DNA of 60,053 bases from an uncultured Gammaproteobacteria bacterium (GCA_902563055.1 CACEWE010000005.1:1-60053), one strand, 5' to 3'; counted from the first letter of the stretch, positions 10,862-21,850 are shown. Notes: generated from the sequence alone by a model not told the origin. Program-made: numbers and translations.

Positions 10862-11518
10862 TTAGACACCTTCGAGCTCCCCCCATAAAAGCTTATGAAG
10901 CTGAATTTGCAAACGGGCTTTAGATTTAGAATCAAGAATAAAAGCGGCTAAATCTTTTTCTTTAAGCTTTTGGTATACCGGTGAATAAAAAACCTGACAG
11001 CGCTCAAATAACTTATATTGCTTTGCTATACGCTCACTCCAGTCAAAGTCATCCTTATCCATAATCACAAACTTGGCAATATCATGTTTACGCAAAAGAT
11101 CTAAATTTCCATAATGTTGCTGGCTGTCCATTTTTGAAGCCGGAGTTTTAACATCTAAAACCATCTTCACCCGTGGATCCACAGCGTCAATCTTTATAGC
11201 ACCGCCAGTTTCCAAAGAAACTTGGTAGCCAGCATCACACAATGCCTCAAGCAAGTTAAACGCACCAGGCTGAGCTAAAGGCTCGCCACCGGTTACGGTT
11301 ACCATACCACAGTCATAGGGTTGAACCGTTTCTAATATTTTAGCAATAGTAAGCTTCTTGCCTCCAGAAAAAGCATAAGCACTGTCACAATACACACAGC
11401 GCATTGGACAACCGGTAAGCCGCACAAACACGGTCGCTAAACCTGCAGTATCAGCCTCACCTTGCAAAGAATGAAAAATCTCACTGATTCGTAACGGTGC
11501 ATTAAGATCTAATGGCAT
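10862..11518 (-). CDS. queE: 7-carboxy-7-deazaguanine synthase
   Basis: EIFHSLQGE, VFVRLTGCPMRCVYCDS, TGGEPL, LQIQLHK; typical position after cpoB. Confidence 0.95.
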   Translation of the reverse strand: MPLDLNAPLRISEIFHSLQGEADTAGLATVFVRLTGCPMRCVYCDSAYAFSGGKKLTIAKILETVQPYDCGMVTVTGGEPLAQPGAFNLLEALCDAGYQVSLETGGAIKIDAVDPRVKMVLDVKTPASKMDSQQHYGNLDLLRKHDIAKFVIMDKDDFDWSERIAKQYKLFERCQVFYSPVYQKLKEKDLAAFILDSKSKARLQIQLHKLLWGELEGV

Positions 11519-11522
11519 CTTT

Positions 11523-12212
11523 TTATTTGCCCATTTTATCGAGTCGATCCTTAGCCTGAACCGCTAAAACCGTATCTGGATAGTTTTGCACTAAACGGGT
11601 TAACATATCCTGAGCATGCTGTTGGTCACCATTGGTCTGAAAAATCATGCCTAGTTGATATAAAGCATGCGGCGTCTCTTCGCTTTTTGGATTAGAAAGT
11701 ACTTTTTTAAAATAGACCACAGCCTGATCTGGCTGCCCCTTAATTAGGTAAAGCTCACCTAGGTTATAATTTGCACCTGCTATGTCTTGATCCAAAGGAT
11801 AGTATTTTAGATAATCTTCAAAACCCTCAATAGCTGCGGTGTATTGTTGGTCATTCATCAAAGATACCGCACTTTGATAGGCAGACTGAGCCTTCAAGCT
11901 TGTAGTGCTAGTCTTTGCGGTTTTTTTAAGCTCAGGCCTTTTAGATATTGCCTGATCACTAGCATCATTTTTAGCACTTAACTGTAAGGATAAAAGCTGT
12001 ACCTTTGCATCAAGCTTATCTATGGTTTTTTGCATACTATTAACCTGAGAAGATAAACTTTGTACCACCTGAAACTGGGTTTGAAGCTGTGAGACTTTCG
12101 CACTTAAGCTAGAGAGATCCTCACTAGCCCCTGAAATACCCATATTTTGCGCAAAGACAGGACATAGGGCAACAAGCCCTATGACCATAAATGATGACTT
12201 AAAAATGCGCAT
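11523..12212 (-). CDS. cpoB: Tol-Pal system TPR protein YbgF/CpoB
   Basis: Signal peptide, coiled coil, C-terminal TPRs; directly downstream of pal. Confidence 0.85.
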   Translation of the reverse strand: MRIFKSSFMVIGLVALCPVFAQNMGISGASEDLSSLSAKVSQLQTQFQVVQSLSSQVNSMQKTIDKLDAKVQLLSLQLSAKNDASDQAISKRPELKKTAKTSTTSLKAQSAYQSAVSLMNDQQYTAAIEGFEDYLKYYPLDQDIAGANYNLGELYLIKGQPDQAVVYFKKVLSNPKSEETPHALYQLGMIFQTNGDQQHAQDMLTRLVQNYPDTVLAVQAKDRLDKMGK

Positions 12213-12805
12213 TAAGCTGCCCCAGTATTACAAGTGGCACCATATGAGAATACTGCACGACGATCAAGCGTATACGCTTTTACCCAATCCCCACCAAAAT
12301 CATTTGGAGTTGCTGCTGGTTTTTGATCGCCATAACTCACCGTGCAAACTTGATCTGCGGTTACGCCATGATCTAACATGTAGGATTTAACAGAATCGGC
12401 ACGACGCTGTGCTAAATGAAGATTATAATTATTAGACCCTCTTGGATCCGTATGACCTGCAACAAGCACTTTCTCTTGAGGATGCGCAAGTAAGTAATCA
12501 ACGTTTTGATCTACTATTTTTTGCGCTTGACCTTCAATGCTTGATTGATCAAAACCAAAATACACAGTTTTGCCATCACTTTGGCTGTTGGCATCAAAGG
12601 CTATTTTACGTGATGCGGCATTGGTAGCCTTGGTATTTTTACCATAAAACGCTTTTTGGCCCTGAAAACTATTGGCCTGCGTGGTTCTTTGACCATCATG
12701 AATAATAGGTGCGCCATAATCACTAGAACGCAAGCCTTTCATACAGCCGCTTAAAGGTAATATTACCATGGAACTTACTATTATTGCCTGTGCTATTTTT
12801 TTCAT
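12212..12805 (-). CDS. pal: Peptidoglycan-associated lipoprotein
   Basis: Lipobox LSGC; OmpA-like domain VYFGFD, GHTDPRGS..YNLHLAQRRA, VSYG. Confidence 0.9.
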   Translation of the reverse strand: MKKIAQAIIVSSMVILPLSGCMKGLRSSDYGAPIIHDGQRTTQANSFQGQKAFYGKNTKATNAASRKIAFDANSQSDGKTVYFGFDQSSIEGQAQKIVDQNVDYLLAHPQEKVLVAGHTDPRGSNNYNLHLAQRRADSVKSYMLDHGVTADQVCTVSYGDQKPAATPNDFGGDWVKAYTLDRRAVFSYGATCNTGAA

Positions 12806-12819
12806 TATTTCATCCTTTC

Positions 12820-14112
12820 TTATGTTAAAAATCCAGACCATGCCACTGCCTGCACCGCCCCTAGTTGTGTTGCTAATTTTTTATGCATTGTGCCATCTAT
12901 TGCTACAAATGCCAAGTGGCCACCAGCATTTTTATAATCAGTAACATACGCAATCATTTGGCCATTTGGCGCCACCGCTAAAGATTTATCTAAGGTGCTT
13001 TTAGATAAGGGCTCTATTTGCCCAGAATAAAGGTCTAATAAAGAGAGAACAATACCGCCACCTGATGCCTCTTGATGCAATAAAGCAATTTTTTGACCAT
13101 CAGCAACATAATGAGGATCAAAGTTTTGCTTACCCGAAACACTAAGCTTATGTACACTCTTAGTCGCAAAATCATACGCGTAAACCTGTAAATTACCCTC
13201 ACGATCAGATACAAACGCTAATGATTTCCCATTTGGAGCAAAACTGGGCGAGGTATTGGTGCCCTGTTTGGTAAGGGCAATTAAATTACCATATTGCATG
13301 TTCAGTTGATATAGGTTGGTTTGATCGCCTGCGCCTTTGGTAAGGGCCATCACCATACTTTTACTATTTGGCGCATACGTTGGCGCACTGTTGATACCTT
13401 GAAAATCAGCCAAAACATAGCGCTTAGCAGAAGCCAAATCCATTTGATAAACCTTCATCTGACTATTGTCATAACTTACATAGGAAATAGATCTCCCATC
13501 TGGAGAAAATGTTGGGGTAATAATGGGCTCACTTTGCGATAAAATAAGTTGTGGATTGCTGCCATCATACTTGCTGATAAGCAACTGATAGGTCCAGTTG
13601 TTGTACTGATCCATTTTGTGGCGCACGATAGCCAAATGGGTTTGGAAATAACCACGTTTACCGGTAATATTTTCATACCATGCATCGGCAATTTGATGGC
13701 CTAGTGCACTCAAATCTTTAGAGGAAATATCTGAAAACTGTTTTTGCCATAGCGTTTGACCAGAAGCTACCGCAACAAGGCGTCCATCAACTGTATAACT
13801 ACCATTACTACTTGGCTGAGTTTTTAGGATCATGACATAGTCTAGTACTGGTTTTTGTTTTTGCCACGCGGGAATATTAATAGCGCTACTCGTTAAGGCT
13901 TGAAAATGAAAAGAACCGGTAAAATTAAAATCATTTTTTATAGTTTGCACCAGGGCGTCAGAAGTATCTGGACTTGATTGATTGATTAAGGCTACCTGAT
14001 AGGCACGGTTAACGCCTTTATAAATAGGAATTTCCACTGCAGCAAAGCTTAAGGAAACCCCAAGCACCCATAGCAAAAAAACACAACAAAAACCCTGTTT
14101 TTTAAAGATCAT
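12820..14112 (-). CDS. tolB: Tol-Pal beta-propeller protein
   Basis: PD40 repeats (TPTFSPDG, SPSFAPNG); operon position. Confidence 0.9.
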   Translation of the reverse strand: MIFKKQGFCCVFLLWVLGVSLSFAAVEIPIYKGVNRAYQVALINQSSPDTSDALVQTIKNDFNFTGSFHFQALTSSAINIPAWQKQKPVLDYVMILKTQPSSNGSYTVDGRLVAVASGQTLWQKQFSDISSKDLSALGHQIADAWYENITGKRGYFQTHLAIVRHKMDQYNNWTYQLLISKYDGSNPQLILSQSEPIITPTFSPDGRSISYVSYDNSQMKVYQMDLASAKRYVLADFQGINSAPTYAPNSKSMVMALTKGAGDQTNLYQLNMQYGNLIALTKQGTNTSPSFAPNGKSLAFVSDREGNLQVYAYDFATKSVHKLSVSGKQNFDPHYVADGQKIALLHQEASGGGIVLSLLDLYSGQIEPLSKSTLDKSLAVAPNGQMIAYVTDYKNAGGHLAFVAIDGTMHKKLATQLGAVQAVAWSGFLT

Positions 14113-14113
14113 A

Positions 14114-14917
14114 TTAGGCCTTATCTTGATTATTAAATGACAATTTTATCACAGAAAATGCATTTGCCAAGCCCGGATTTTCAGGTAAAGGCAGCGGCGT
14201 TGCCCGACGCACTGCCATCATAGCCTGATTGTCAAATGCCCTATCTCCAGAGCTTTTTGCAACCTGGACCTCTTCAACCGCTCCAGTTTGGGTATTGACA
14301 TCGATCGTTAGATCCACCACCAAAACCTTTTTTTGATTATAAAGATTAATCCAATTGGCCGATATTTTATGTTGAATCGCAAGCATCGCTTGTTGTTTTT
14401 GCTGATTTTGCCAACTTGCAAAACGCGCTTGCGCCGCTTTTTTCTTGGCTATTTCTGCAAGCTCTTGCTTACTTGGCCCTTTAGGTTTTTGAACCTGCTT
14501 TGGCGGCGGCGTACTTTTAGCCACCACTTTTGGTTTCGGTTTTGGTTTTGCTTGAGGTTTGGCAATCGGCTTTTTCTTAGGCAGCTTTGCCACCTTCACT
14601 GGCGCTGGCTTTGGCTTTGGCTTTGGCTTTGGTTTAGGCTGGAGCTTGACCTTTTTAATAGGCGCTATTTTTTTTACCACCTCTGGCTTTGGCGCCATCA
14701 TCACCAACTGAGCCTGAATAATTTGATTTTCTGGTTTAATCTCTATTTGCATTGGCTGCTTATGAAACCAAGAAAAAATAACAACAAGTAAAGGTACCAC
14801 AAGTAATAAACTCACATGCAAACTAAAAGCATAGCCCAGCGGAGTTTTTAGCCGAAGCCTTATGATGTACAACGCATGTTTAAGCTGTGATTTAGACGGT
14901 AGTTTTTTGCGCATCAC
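14114..14917 (-). CDS. tolA: TolA/TonB-family energy transducer
   Basis: SLHVSL TM motif, PK-rich linker, C-terminal SSGDRAFDNQAMMAVRRATPLP. Confidence 0.85.
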   Translation of the reverse strand: MMRKKLPSKSQLKHALYIIRLRLKTPLGYAFSLHVSLLLVVPLLVVIFSWFHKQPMQIEIKPENQIIQAQLVMMAPKPEVVKKIAPIKKVKLQPKPKPKPKPKPAPVKVAKLPKKKPIAKPQAKPKPKPKVVAKSTPPPKQVQKPKGPSKQELAEIAKKKAAQARFASWQNQQKQQAMLAIQHKISANWINLYNQKKVLVVDLTIDVNTQTGAVEEVQVAKSSGDRAFDNQAMMAVRRATPLPLPENPGLANAFSVIKLSFNNQDKA

Positions 14918-15326
14918 TTAACAACCCCAACTTATGCCAACCCGATTGCTGTAATTGCGCCATCAAGGATACGACCTTTCCATAGGCTATGGATTGATCG
15001 GCACGAATCAGTAGGGTTTGTTGATGATTTTGATCCTTTAGCTGCATTATTAAACTCGCCATAGGCAAGGGTTTGTTTTTGATAATAGATTGATTGTAAT
15101 ACAACTGCCCTTGTTTGTTGATAGAGACCACCAAGGCTTTTTGTTGATCAGAAATTGCTTGAGATGTAGCCTTAGGCAAATCTATTTTGACCCCCTGGGT
15201 TAAAAGTGGCGTGGTGACCATAAATATAACCAACAACACCAACATAACATCCACATAGGGTACGATGTTAATGGTGGCCATAATGCGCCCTCTTGCGCGT
15301 CTTTGGTATCGTGATCTACTTCGCAT
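14892..15326 (-). CDS. tolR: TolR
   Basis: INIVPYVDVMLVLLVIFMVTTPLL, IRADQ..YGKVV. Confidence 0.93.
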   Translation of the reverse strand: MRSRSRYQRRARGRIMATINIVPYVDVMLVLLVIFMVTTPLLTQGVKIDLPKATSQAISDQQKALVVSINKQGQLYYNQSIIKNKPLPMASLIMQLKDQNHQQTLLIRADQSIAYGKVVSLMAQLQQSGWHKLGLLSDAQKTTV

Positions 15327-16014
15327 ACGCAGCACTTGAAACGTCTAATAATTGATGCTGTAAATAGCTTAAAAGATCAGACTGAAAATAATCACACTCT
15401 CCCATGAGCGAATCAGAGGCGGTTTGAAAACGGTTGTAAGCAATCACGGCAGGAATAGCGACAAACAAACCCATCGCTGTTGCAATTAAAGCTTCTGCAA
15501 TACCAGGGGCCACCATCGAAAGCGTTGCCTGCTGCACGGAACCTAGTGCAGTAAAAGCACCCATAATACCCCAAACTGTCCCAAAAAGCCCCACAAAAGG
15601 TGAGACTGAACCAATGGTCGCTAAAGTTGATAAATGACTATCTAGTCGACTTTGCTCTTTTATCAAAGCCCCCTCAATAGCACGCTCAATGCCAATCATC
15701 TTGCTGGCATGATCGCCGCCCTTTTGCTCTTTAACCCGCATAAAAGCCTTATATGCGGCGCAAAACACACGCCCTGTACCAAATTGCACCATGGAGGCAT
15801 TTTGAACCCGTGCAAACAACGCCCGTAAATCTTTACTGGACCAATACAAATCTCGAAATTGCTCCATCCATGCTTTAGCCCGCTTTTGTAATAAATAACG
15901 ATCAAAAATAATCGCCCAAGACCATACCGATGTGGCCAACAGCAACAACATAATACATTTTACAATAGGGTCTGCTGCAAAAATAAGATGCCAAAAAGAT
16001 AAAGAGGTCTGCAT
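15316..16014 (-). CDS. tolQ: TolQ
   Basis: LATIGSVSPFVGLFGTVWGIM, VAPGIAEALIATAMGL. Confidence 0.95.
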   Translation of the reverse strand: MQTSLSFWHLIFAADPIVKCIMLLLLATSVWSWAIIFDRYLLQKRAKAWMEQFRDLYWSSKDLRALFARVQNASMVQFGTGRVFCAAYKAFMRVKEQKGGDHASKMIGIERAIEGALIKEQSRLDSHLSTLATIGSVSPFVGLFGTVWGIMGAFTALGSVQQATLSMVAPGIAEALIATAMGLFVAIPAVIAYNRFQTASDSLMGECDYFQSDLLSYLQHQLLDVSSAAYAK

Positions 16015-16023
16015 AAAGGTTCC

Positions 16024-17103
16024 TTACTCAAATAGTGATTCTTGTGAAATAGCGATATTAAAATGTTCAAATGCCCTGCGACTGGCCACCCGACCTCTTG
16101 GTGTACGAATTAAAAAGCCTTGCTGAATAAGATAGGGCTCGATCACATCTTCTAAAGTATTTTTTTCCTCACCCACCATTGCCGCAAGTGAATCCAAACC
16201 CACCGGCCCACCATCAAACTGTACCATAATGGCTTTTAATAGTTTGTGATCCATGTAATCTAAACCGCTTAAATCAACATTAAGTTTTTCTAATGCTTCA
16301 TTAGCAAGCTGCCTATTGAGCTTAGAAACCTTTTTAACCTGCGCATAATCACGCACTCGACGCAAAAGGCGATTGGCAATCCGTGGGGTGCCTCTTGAAC
16401 GCTTAGCAATTTCTAAAGCACTGCCTTGATCCAAATCGAGTTTTAAAATACCCGCTGAACGCATAATAATATGCTGCAAGTCTTCAGGACTGTAAAATTC
16501 CAAACGAGACACAATACCAAAGCGGTCACGTAGTGGCGCGGTTAGCAAACCACTTCTGGTGGTTGCCCCAACCAAAGTAAAAGGTGGCAAATCTAGTTTG
16601 ATAGAACGCGCTGCAGGACCTTCGCCAATCATAATATCAAGTTGATAATCTTCCATAGCTGGATAGAGAATTTCTTCAATGGCCGGGCTCATACGATGAA
16701 TTTCATCAATAAAAAGTACATCCCCTGGCTTCAGGTTAGTTAGCAGCGCAGCCAAATCGCCTGCTTTTTCTAAAACCGGCCCTGAGGTCTGCCGAAAGCC
16801 CACCCCAAGTTCTTTGGCTATAATATGCGAAAGCGTGGTTTTACCAAGACCTGGAGGCCCTGAAATTAAAACATGGTCTAAGGCCTCCAAGGCGCCCTCT
16901 TGTTGCCGCGCTTTGGAAGCTTCAATGTAAATAGCCATCATATCGGTTATTTGTTTTTGGCCGCGATACTCAGCCAAAGAACCCGGCCGCATAGCCTTAT
17001 CATAAGCTTTGTCTTCGCTCATAGGTTCAGGAACAATGTGGTCACTTCGCGTTTGCTCAGGCTCAGAGTGTGTGGAAGTAAGCTGATCTTTTTTTATAGC
17101 CAT
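16024..17103 (-). CDS. ruvB: Holliday junction branch-migration helicase
   Basis: [46 protein letters not shown]. Confidence 0.97.
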   Translation of the reverse strand: MAIKKDQLTSTHSEPEQTRSDHIVPEPMSEDKAYDKAMRPGSLAEYRGQKQITDMMAIYIEASKARQQEGALEALDHVLISGPPGLGKTTLSHIIAKELGVGFRQTSGPVLEKAGDLAALLTNLKPGDVLFIDEIHRMSPAIEEILYPAMEDYQLDIMIGEGPAARSIKLDLPPFTLVGATTRSGLLTAPLRDRFGIVSRLEFYSPEDLQHIIMRSAGILKLDLDQGSALEIAKRSRGTPRIANRLLRRVRDYAQVKKVSKLNRQLANEALEKLNVDLSGLDYMDHKLLKAIMVQFDGGPVGLDSLAAMVGEEKNTLEDVIEPYLIQQGFLIRTPRGRVASRRAFEHFNIAISQESLFE

Positions 17104-17200
17104 AGTAATCTCAAATAAGAATTTTTATCTTATAGTGTTGTGTTTAGGGACAGAATCTTGTAGATTATAGCAACTTTCATTTTGCGCGGCAATTGTAACA

Positions 17201-18715
17201 GTGTACAAATTTGCACTTTTTTTTGGACTTATTTCTTTAAGCGTTTCATCCTTTGCTTTTGTTGATAGTGACGGTCATGCTTACCTGCCCATCGAGGCTC
17301 ACACCAGTGAAGCAACTCCAAAGCCAAACGCATTTAATACAGAAAATAATCCAAAAAAAATAACACTACAACAAGCCATCATCATGGCTATAAAACAAAA
17401 TGCCACTTTGCAAATTGCAATCAAAAATCGGAAAAAATCTTTTTATGACTTAGTAGATGCCAAAGGCACTTTTCATCCTAAGTTAAGCTTAAGTAGTAAT
17501 GTGCAAAGAACCCATAGTGGCGACGGTAGCATTACCAACAGTTATAGTGTGGGGCCGCACCTAAGCTGGAAGGCACCAACAGGCACCCAAATAGATGCCG
17601 ACTATTATTACAATCCCAGCAAAATCTATCACAGCACTGACCCTGCTGAAACAGAAAAAACTCAATATGATCTTTCCATCACCCAGCCATTGATGCAAGG
17701 CAGAAGCATCAAGGCTAATATGGCTGACCTTGATAACGCCTATGACGAACAACACATTCAAGATTTCCAGCTACAGCAAAGCATTCAAAAAACTATTGAA
17801 ACCATCGCTAATGATTACTACGCTGCACAAGCAGCGATGATACAACTTTCCCATGCTAAAACTGCGCAACAACAAGCAGAAAAACAGTTACAAGCCGCCA
17901 CAGAAAAACTCAAAGATGGCCGTATTCCAGGCATAGACTTAACCCAAAGTCACCTTAGTGCACTAGATGCAAAAAACGCCACTCTAAAGGCCCAAGACGC
18001 ACTTATGCAAAGTAAAACCCAACTGGCTAATGATCTTGGCATAGACGCGCATCAAATGCCAGATATTGAGGAAAACTTTGCAGTGAAGCCGCACACGGTA
18101 ACGGCTGACCAAGCACTTGCTGATGCCAAAGCACACAATTTAGATTTAAAAATTCAACAATTTCAATATCAACAAAAACAACGCTCCTTGATAGCCTCAA
18201 GTGACAAAAGAAAAATGACCATGGATCTAAAACTTGACTTTAATCACTACAGTACAGCCAATCAAATTGCCTCAAGCGTGACTAAAAATGACAATCGTAC
18301 CGCCTCGCTAAACTTTAATATTCCACTAGATTATAATAGCGATGAAAAACAGCGCCTTCAGGATGCCATAGACCTTCAAACCCAGCAAATAGATAATGCC
18401 AATACGCTTGGAAACCTTCAAAACAATGTCAAAAGCGCGGTTGATTCTCTCAACAGCACCTATAGCCAAGTGCAACAAGCGCAAACTGCACTGCAATTAG
18501 CGCAAAAAAATGCCAAGGCTGCGCATATTAAATATCAATACGGCCGCATTAGTGCCTTTGAATTATCACAACAATTGCAACAATACCAATCTAGTTTAGA
18601 TGCCTTAACCAATGCTAAACTTGATTATCAAAAACAATGGATTGCTTATCAAATACAAACCGGAACCTTGCTTGAGAACTGGCATATCCATATTAAGGAA
18701 AACCACTATGTTTAA
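17201..18715 (+). CDS. TolC-family outer membrane channel
   Basis: Signal peptide, ITLQQAIIMA, LSITQPLMQG, two helical repeats (LKDGRIP, YQYGRIS). Confidence 0.8.
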   Translation: MYKFALFFGLISLSVSSFAFVDSDGHAYLPIEAHTSEATPKPNAFNTENNPKKITLQQAIIMAIKQNATLQIAIKNRKKSFYDLVDAKGTFHPKLSLSSNVQRTHSGDGSITNSYSVGPHLSWKAPTGTQIDADYYYNPSKIYHSTDPAETEKTQYDLSITQPLMQGRSIKANMADLDNAYDEQHIQDFQLQQSIQKTIETIANDYYAAQAAMIQLSHAKTAQQQAEKQLQAATEKLKDGRIPGIDLTQSHLSALDAKNATLKAQDALMQSKTQLANDLGIDAHQMPDIEENFAVKPHTVTADQALADAKAHNLDLKIQQFQYQQKQRSLIASSDKRKMTMDLKLDFNHYSTANQIASSVTKNDNRTASLNFNIPLDYNSDEKQRLQDAIDLQTQQIDNANTLGNLQNNVKSAVDSLNSTYSQVQQAQTALQLAQKNAKAAHIKYQYGRISAFELSQQLQQYQSSLDALTNAKLDYQKQWIAYQIQTGTLLENWHIHIKENHYV

Positions 18716-19922
18716 AAAAAGCTTTCTCTGCCTTGTGCTTGGGCTTTCCAGTACGTTTGTCTATGCCAAAGATCCTATGGCTCCTAAAACCTATCAAGTT
18801 CAACCACAAACCATACAGCAAGTACTGTATTACAACGGCACTATTTCCCCCATTGCCAATAGCCCGGTTTTAAGCCCAACGGCGGGCATTGTTGATAAAA
18901 TGTATTTTCGCTATGGCCAAATGCTCCACAAAGGGCAACAGCTTGTGCATCTGCAATCCTCAAAGCTATTAGCCGATACCAGAAGTGCCTATGTTGATTA
19001 TCTTAGCAACCTAACAAAGTATCAACAGTTTAAAGACTGGCAAAACAGTGATGAAGTCCTATCTAAACAATATCAAAAACAAAAAGCCCATCGCGCCCTG
19101 ATTGATGCAAAAGATACTTACCTTCAAAACAAGCATCTTTATCAGCTTGAAGTCATTTCCCATCAAGAACTTCAAACGAGCAAAAATGCCTATTTTGATA
19201 GTCAAGAATCCTACCGTAGCGCCGAAAATGCCTATCAAGTATCACTACAAAAAGGCCAAGGAAGCGAATTTATCAGTGCAAAGCTACAATATGAAAATGC
19301 TAAGGACAAATACCAAGATCTTCAAAAACAACTCTCTTCTCACACCATTACTGCACCAAGAGACGGCATTGCGCTGATCCCTGAAAAAGATGACGGCCCT
19401 AAGTCTTCAGGTAAAATTGCTGTGGGCAACAGTATTGAATATCAACAAACTGTTTTGAATATTGGTAACTTACAGGGTTTAGCCATTCATTTGCAAGTCT
19501 CAGAAAATGATATTAATCAAATCCATATTGGCCAAAAGGCCACAATACAAAGCGATGCCTTCAAGGGAATTACCCTTCATGGCACAGTAACGGAAAAATC
19601 TGCTCAAGCGCAAGATTCTGGAGAACTGCCAAGCTTTGAAGTGACGGTAGAGGTCGAGAAGGTTCCAAGCACCGCGCATGATAAAATTTCCGCGGGAATG
19701 GATGCAAAGGTAGCAATCTCTACCATAAATAAAGGCCAAGAGCTCAGTATACCAGTTGCAATGATTACACAAAACAAGCAAGGACTATCTGTCGTTCAAA
19801 AATATGACCCTAAGCGCAAAGCCAGCACTGAACAGATTATTGAAACAGGACGCATTGGACCCAAGTTTGCTCAAGTATTAAAGGGTCTTAAAGCTGGTGA
19901 CTACATTATTGACAAAAGGTAG
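18708..19922 (+). CDS. Periplasmic adaptor (MacA/HlyD-like MFP)
   Basis: VLSPTAGIV and ITAPRDG lipoyl halves, VSENDINQIHIGQKA, GMDAKVAI, VLKGLKAGD. Confidence 0.85.
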   Translation: MFKKSFLCLVLGLSSTFVYAKDPMAPKTYQVQPQTIQQVLYYNGTISPIANSPVLSPTAGIVDKMYFRYGQMLHKGQQLVHLQSSKLLADTRSAYVDYLSNLTKYQQFKDWQNSDEVLSKQYQKQKAHRALIDAKDTYLQNKHLYQLEVISHQELQTSKNAYFDSQESYRSAENAYQVSLQKGQGSEFISAKLQYENAKDKYQDLQKQLSSHTITAPRDGIALIPEKDDGPKSSGKIAVGNSIEYQQTVLNIGNLQGLAIHLQVSENDINQIHIGQKATIQSDAFKGITLHGTVTEKSAQAQDSGELPSFEVTVEVEKVPSTAHDKISAGMDAKVAISTINKGQELSIPVAMITQNKQGLSVVQKYDPKRKASTEQIIETGRIGPKFAQVLKGLKAGDYIIDKR

Positions 19923-19929
19923 CAACACT

Positions 19930-21135
19930 ATGTCCATGGCCCTTAGCATGCACTATAAACAAGCCATCCGGCAATTATCTGGTGCAAAGTTACGCTCTTT
20001 CTTAGCACTTTTAGGAGTGCTTATTGGCACAGCCTCGGTGGTTGCACTTGTATCCATTGGTAAACTCTCTGAACGTCAAATTATGCTGCAGTTTCAAAAA
20101 CTAGGTTTAAATCTTATCACCGTAAGTCTCTATGACAATAGCTATCAAGATAGTCAAAATGCCAATCCCAAAGCGAAACTAAGTTTACAAGAAGCAAAAG
20201 GGCTAAAGAGTGCCTCAAAAAATATTCATCATAGCGCGCCCTACTATCCTAATTGGGATAGCATTTATTACCAAAGCCATCGCATAAATGGCGCACTGGT
20301 AGGTATTACCCCAGCAATCTACCCGATTGCAAAATTAAAACTTCAAAGCGGACGGATGCTAAGCTTTCTTGATCAACAGCAATTTTACGGCGTTATTGGC
20401 GCAGATATGGCGGCGCAACTGCAAAAAATTGATGCTACAAGTGTCATTGGCAAACAAATTCGCGTTGGTAAAATTTATATTACCATTGTTGGTGTTTTGA
20501 AAAAATGGCCCAGCAATTACTTTTTTAATAGCGATTTTAATCAGTCAATCATCATGCCCATTGAAACGGTGATGGCCATGCGCAAACAGCCACAAATTCA
20601 AAATCTTGCCATTACCCTTTATCATAAAGAACAACTGCAATCGACCCAAGATGCTATAGAGGCTTATTTAAAAAAACACACCCTGCATAAAAATATTAGC
20701 TTCAGAAGTCCGAAAACTCTTATTGATAGCGCAAAAAAATCAACCCAAACCATGAATATACTTCTGATTATGATTGGTAGCATCTCCCTTTTAGTTGGCG
20801 GCATAGGCGTAATGAACATCATGCTGGTCTCGGTGAGTGAAAGACACCAAGAAATAGGCATACGCTTAGCTATTGGCGCGCGCAAAAAAGATATCCAACT
20901 GCAGTTTTTAATTGAAGCAGTGTGTTTATCCTTGCTCGGCGGCATAATGGGCATGATTATTGGCGTAGCTATTACCTATATCGTTGCCTGGCACTTTAAG
21001 TGGGCTTTTATGATTTATCTTTTACCTATTCTTCTGGGCGTGGGCGTGGCCGTTGCACTTGGCATCTTCTTTGGCTTTTATCCAGCCAAACTAGCCTCCA
21101 AGCTCGACCCCATTCAAACTTTGCGCAGTGATTAA
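19930..21135 (+). CDS. MacB/FtsX-type ABC permease with no fused NBD
   Basis: RSFLALLGVLIGTASVV, ISLLVGGIGVMNIMLVSVSER.EIGIRLAIGA, FGFYPA..ASKLDPI. Confidence 0.92.
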   Translation: MSMALSMHYKQAIRQLSGAKLRSFLALLGVLIGTASVVALVSIGKLSERQIMLQFQKLGLNLITVSLYDNSYQDSQNANPKAKLSLQEAKGLKSASKNIHHSAPYYPNWDSIYYQSHRINGALVGITPAIYPIAKLKLQSGRMLSFLDQQQFYGVIGADMAAQLQKIDATSVIGKQIRVGKIYITIVGVLKKWPSNYFFNSDFNQSIIMPIETVMAMRKQPQIQNLAITLYHKEQLQSTQDAIEAYLKKHTLHKNISFRSPKTLIDSAKKSTQTMNILLIMIGSISLLVGGIGVMNIMLVSVSERHQEIGIRLAIGARKKDIQLQFLIEAVCLSLLGGIMGMIIGVAITYIVAWHFKWAFMIYLLPILLGVGVAVALGIFFGFYPAKLASKLDPIQTLRSD

Positions 21136-21221
21136 GACCACACAGTCATTGTGGCTATGTTTCATTGACAAAATAATAATAATACTTAAAATTATGACAT
21201 ATTTATATCCATTATACACAT

Positions 21222-21797
21222 ATGACACACAAAGAAGAGGATAGATTTATCATAGAAGAACTCGCTCAAATAACAGAATTATCAACTATTGTAAAAAAAG
21301 CAACTCACGAGTATATGCAAGAACCAAGATCGAATCTATGGGGCTCTTCATTGTTTGGATGTATTGGAGATACTGGCTACTATAGAGCTCAAAAGCTAGC
21401 ACAATATGCGCATGCATTAGAGGAAAAACAATTGAAAGCATTAATCTCTATGTTTATCATCAATGACTGTAGTGGAGTAAAACTAAGAGATACTGTTTAT
21501 AATCAAATCATAACTAAACCAAAACTAGAAAAAAAATTATGTGATGAAGCATATGATAGGTATAGCAAATCTCATATAGATGGCAACAGCACCATAGATA
21601 TGGAACAAAAAATTAAATCTTATAAGTTTTATATTATCAGCAAGTCACTGGCCCATAATAATGCATTTATCCATGCGGCCAAACCACATATCGATAGGAT
21701 TAACAATTGTGATATTCGAGAAATTTCTGACTTTAGCATGACCACTTGCACCATAGAAATGATCTGCTCAACCCACTATCCAAGTAGTAAATATTAA
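21222..21797 (+). CDS. Orphan hypothetical protein
   Basis: 191-aa AT-rich ORF with its own TTGACA-N16-TAAAAT promoter (21165-21192). Confidence 0.65.
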   Translation: MTHKEEDRFIIEELAQITELSTIVKKATHEYMQEPRSNLWGSSLFGCIGDTGYYRAQKLAQYAHALEEKQLKALISMFIINDCSGVKLRDTVYNQIITKPKLEKKLCDEAYDRYSKSHIDGNSTIDMEQKIKSYKFYIISKSLAHNNAFIHAAKPHIDRINNCDIREISDFSMTTCTIEMICSTHYPSSKY

Positions 21798-21850
21798 GAT
21801 CAGAAATGCGTTGAGGATGTGCTTCTAGTAAAATAGTGTTGTAAAAAGAT

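Noticed and set aside
14530-14645. ttggct hexamer repeats
   Set aside because: Ordinary Pro-Lys linker of TolA
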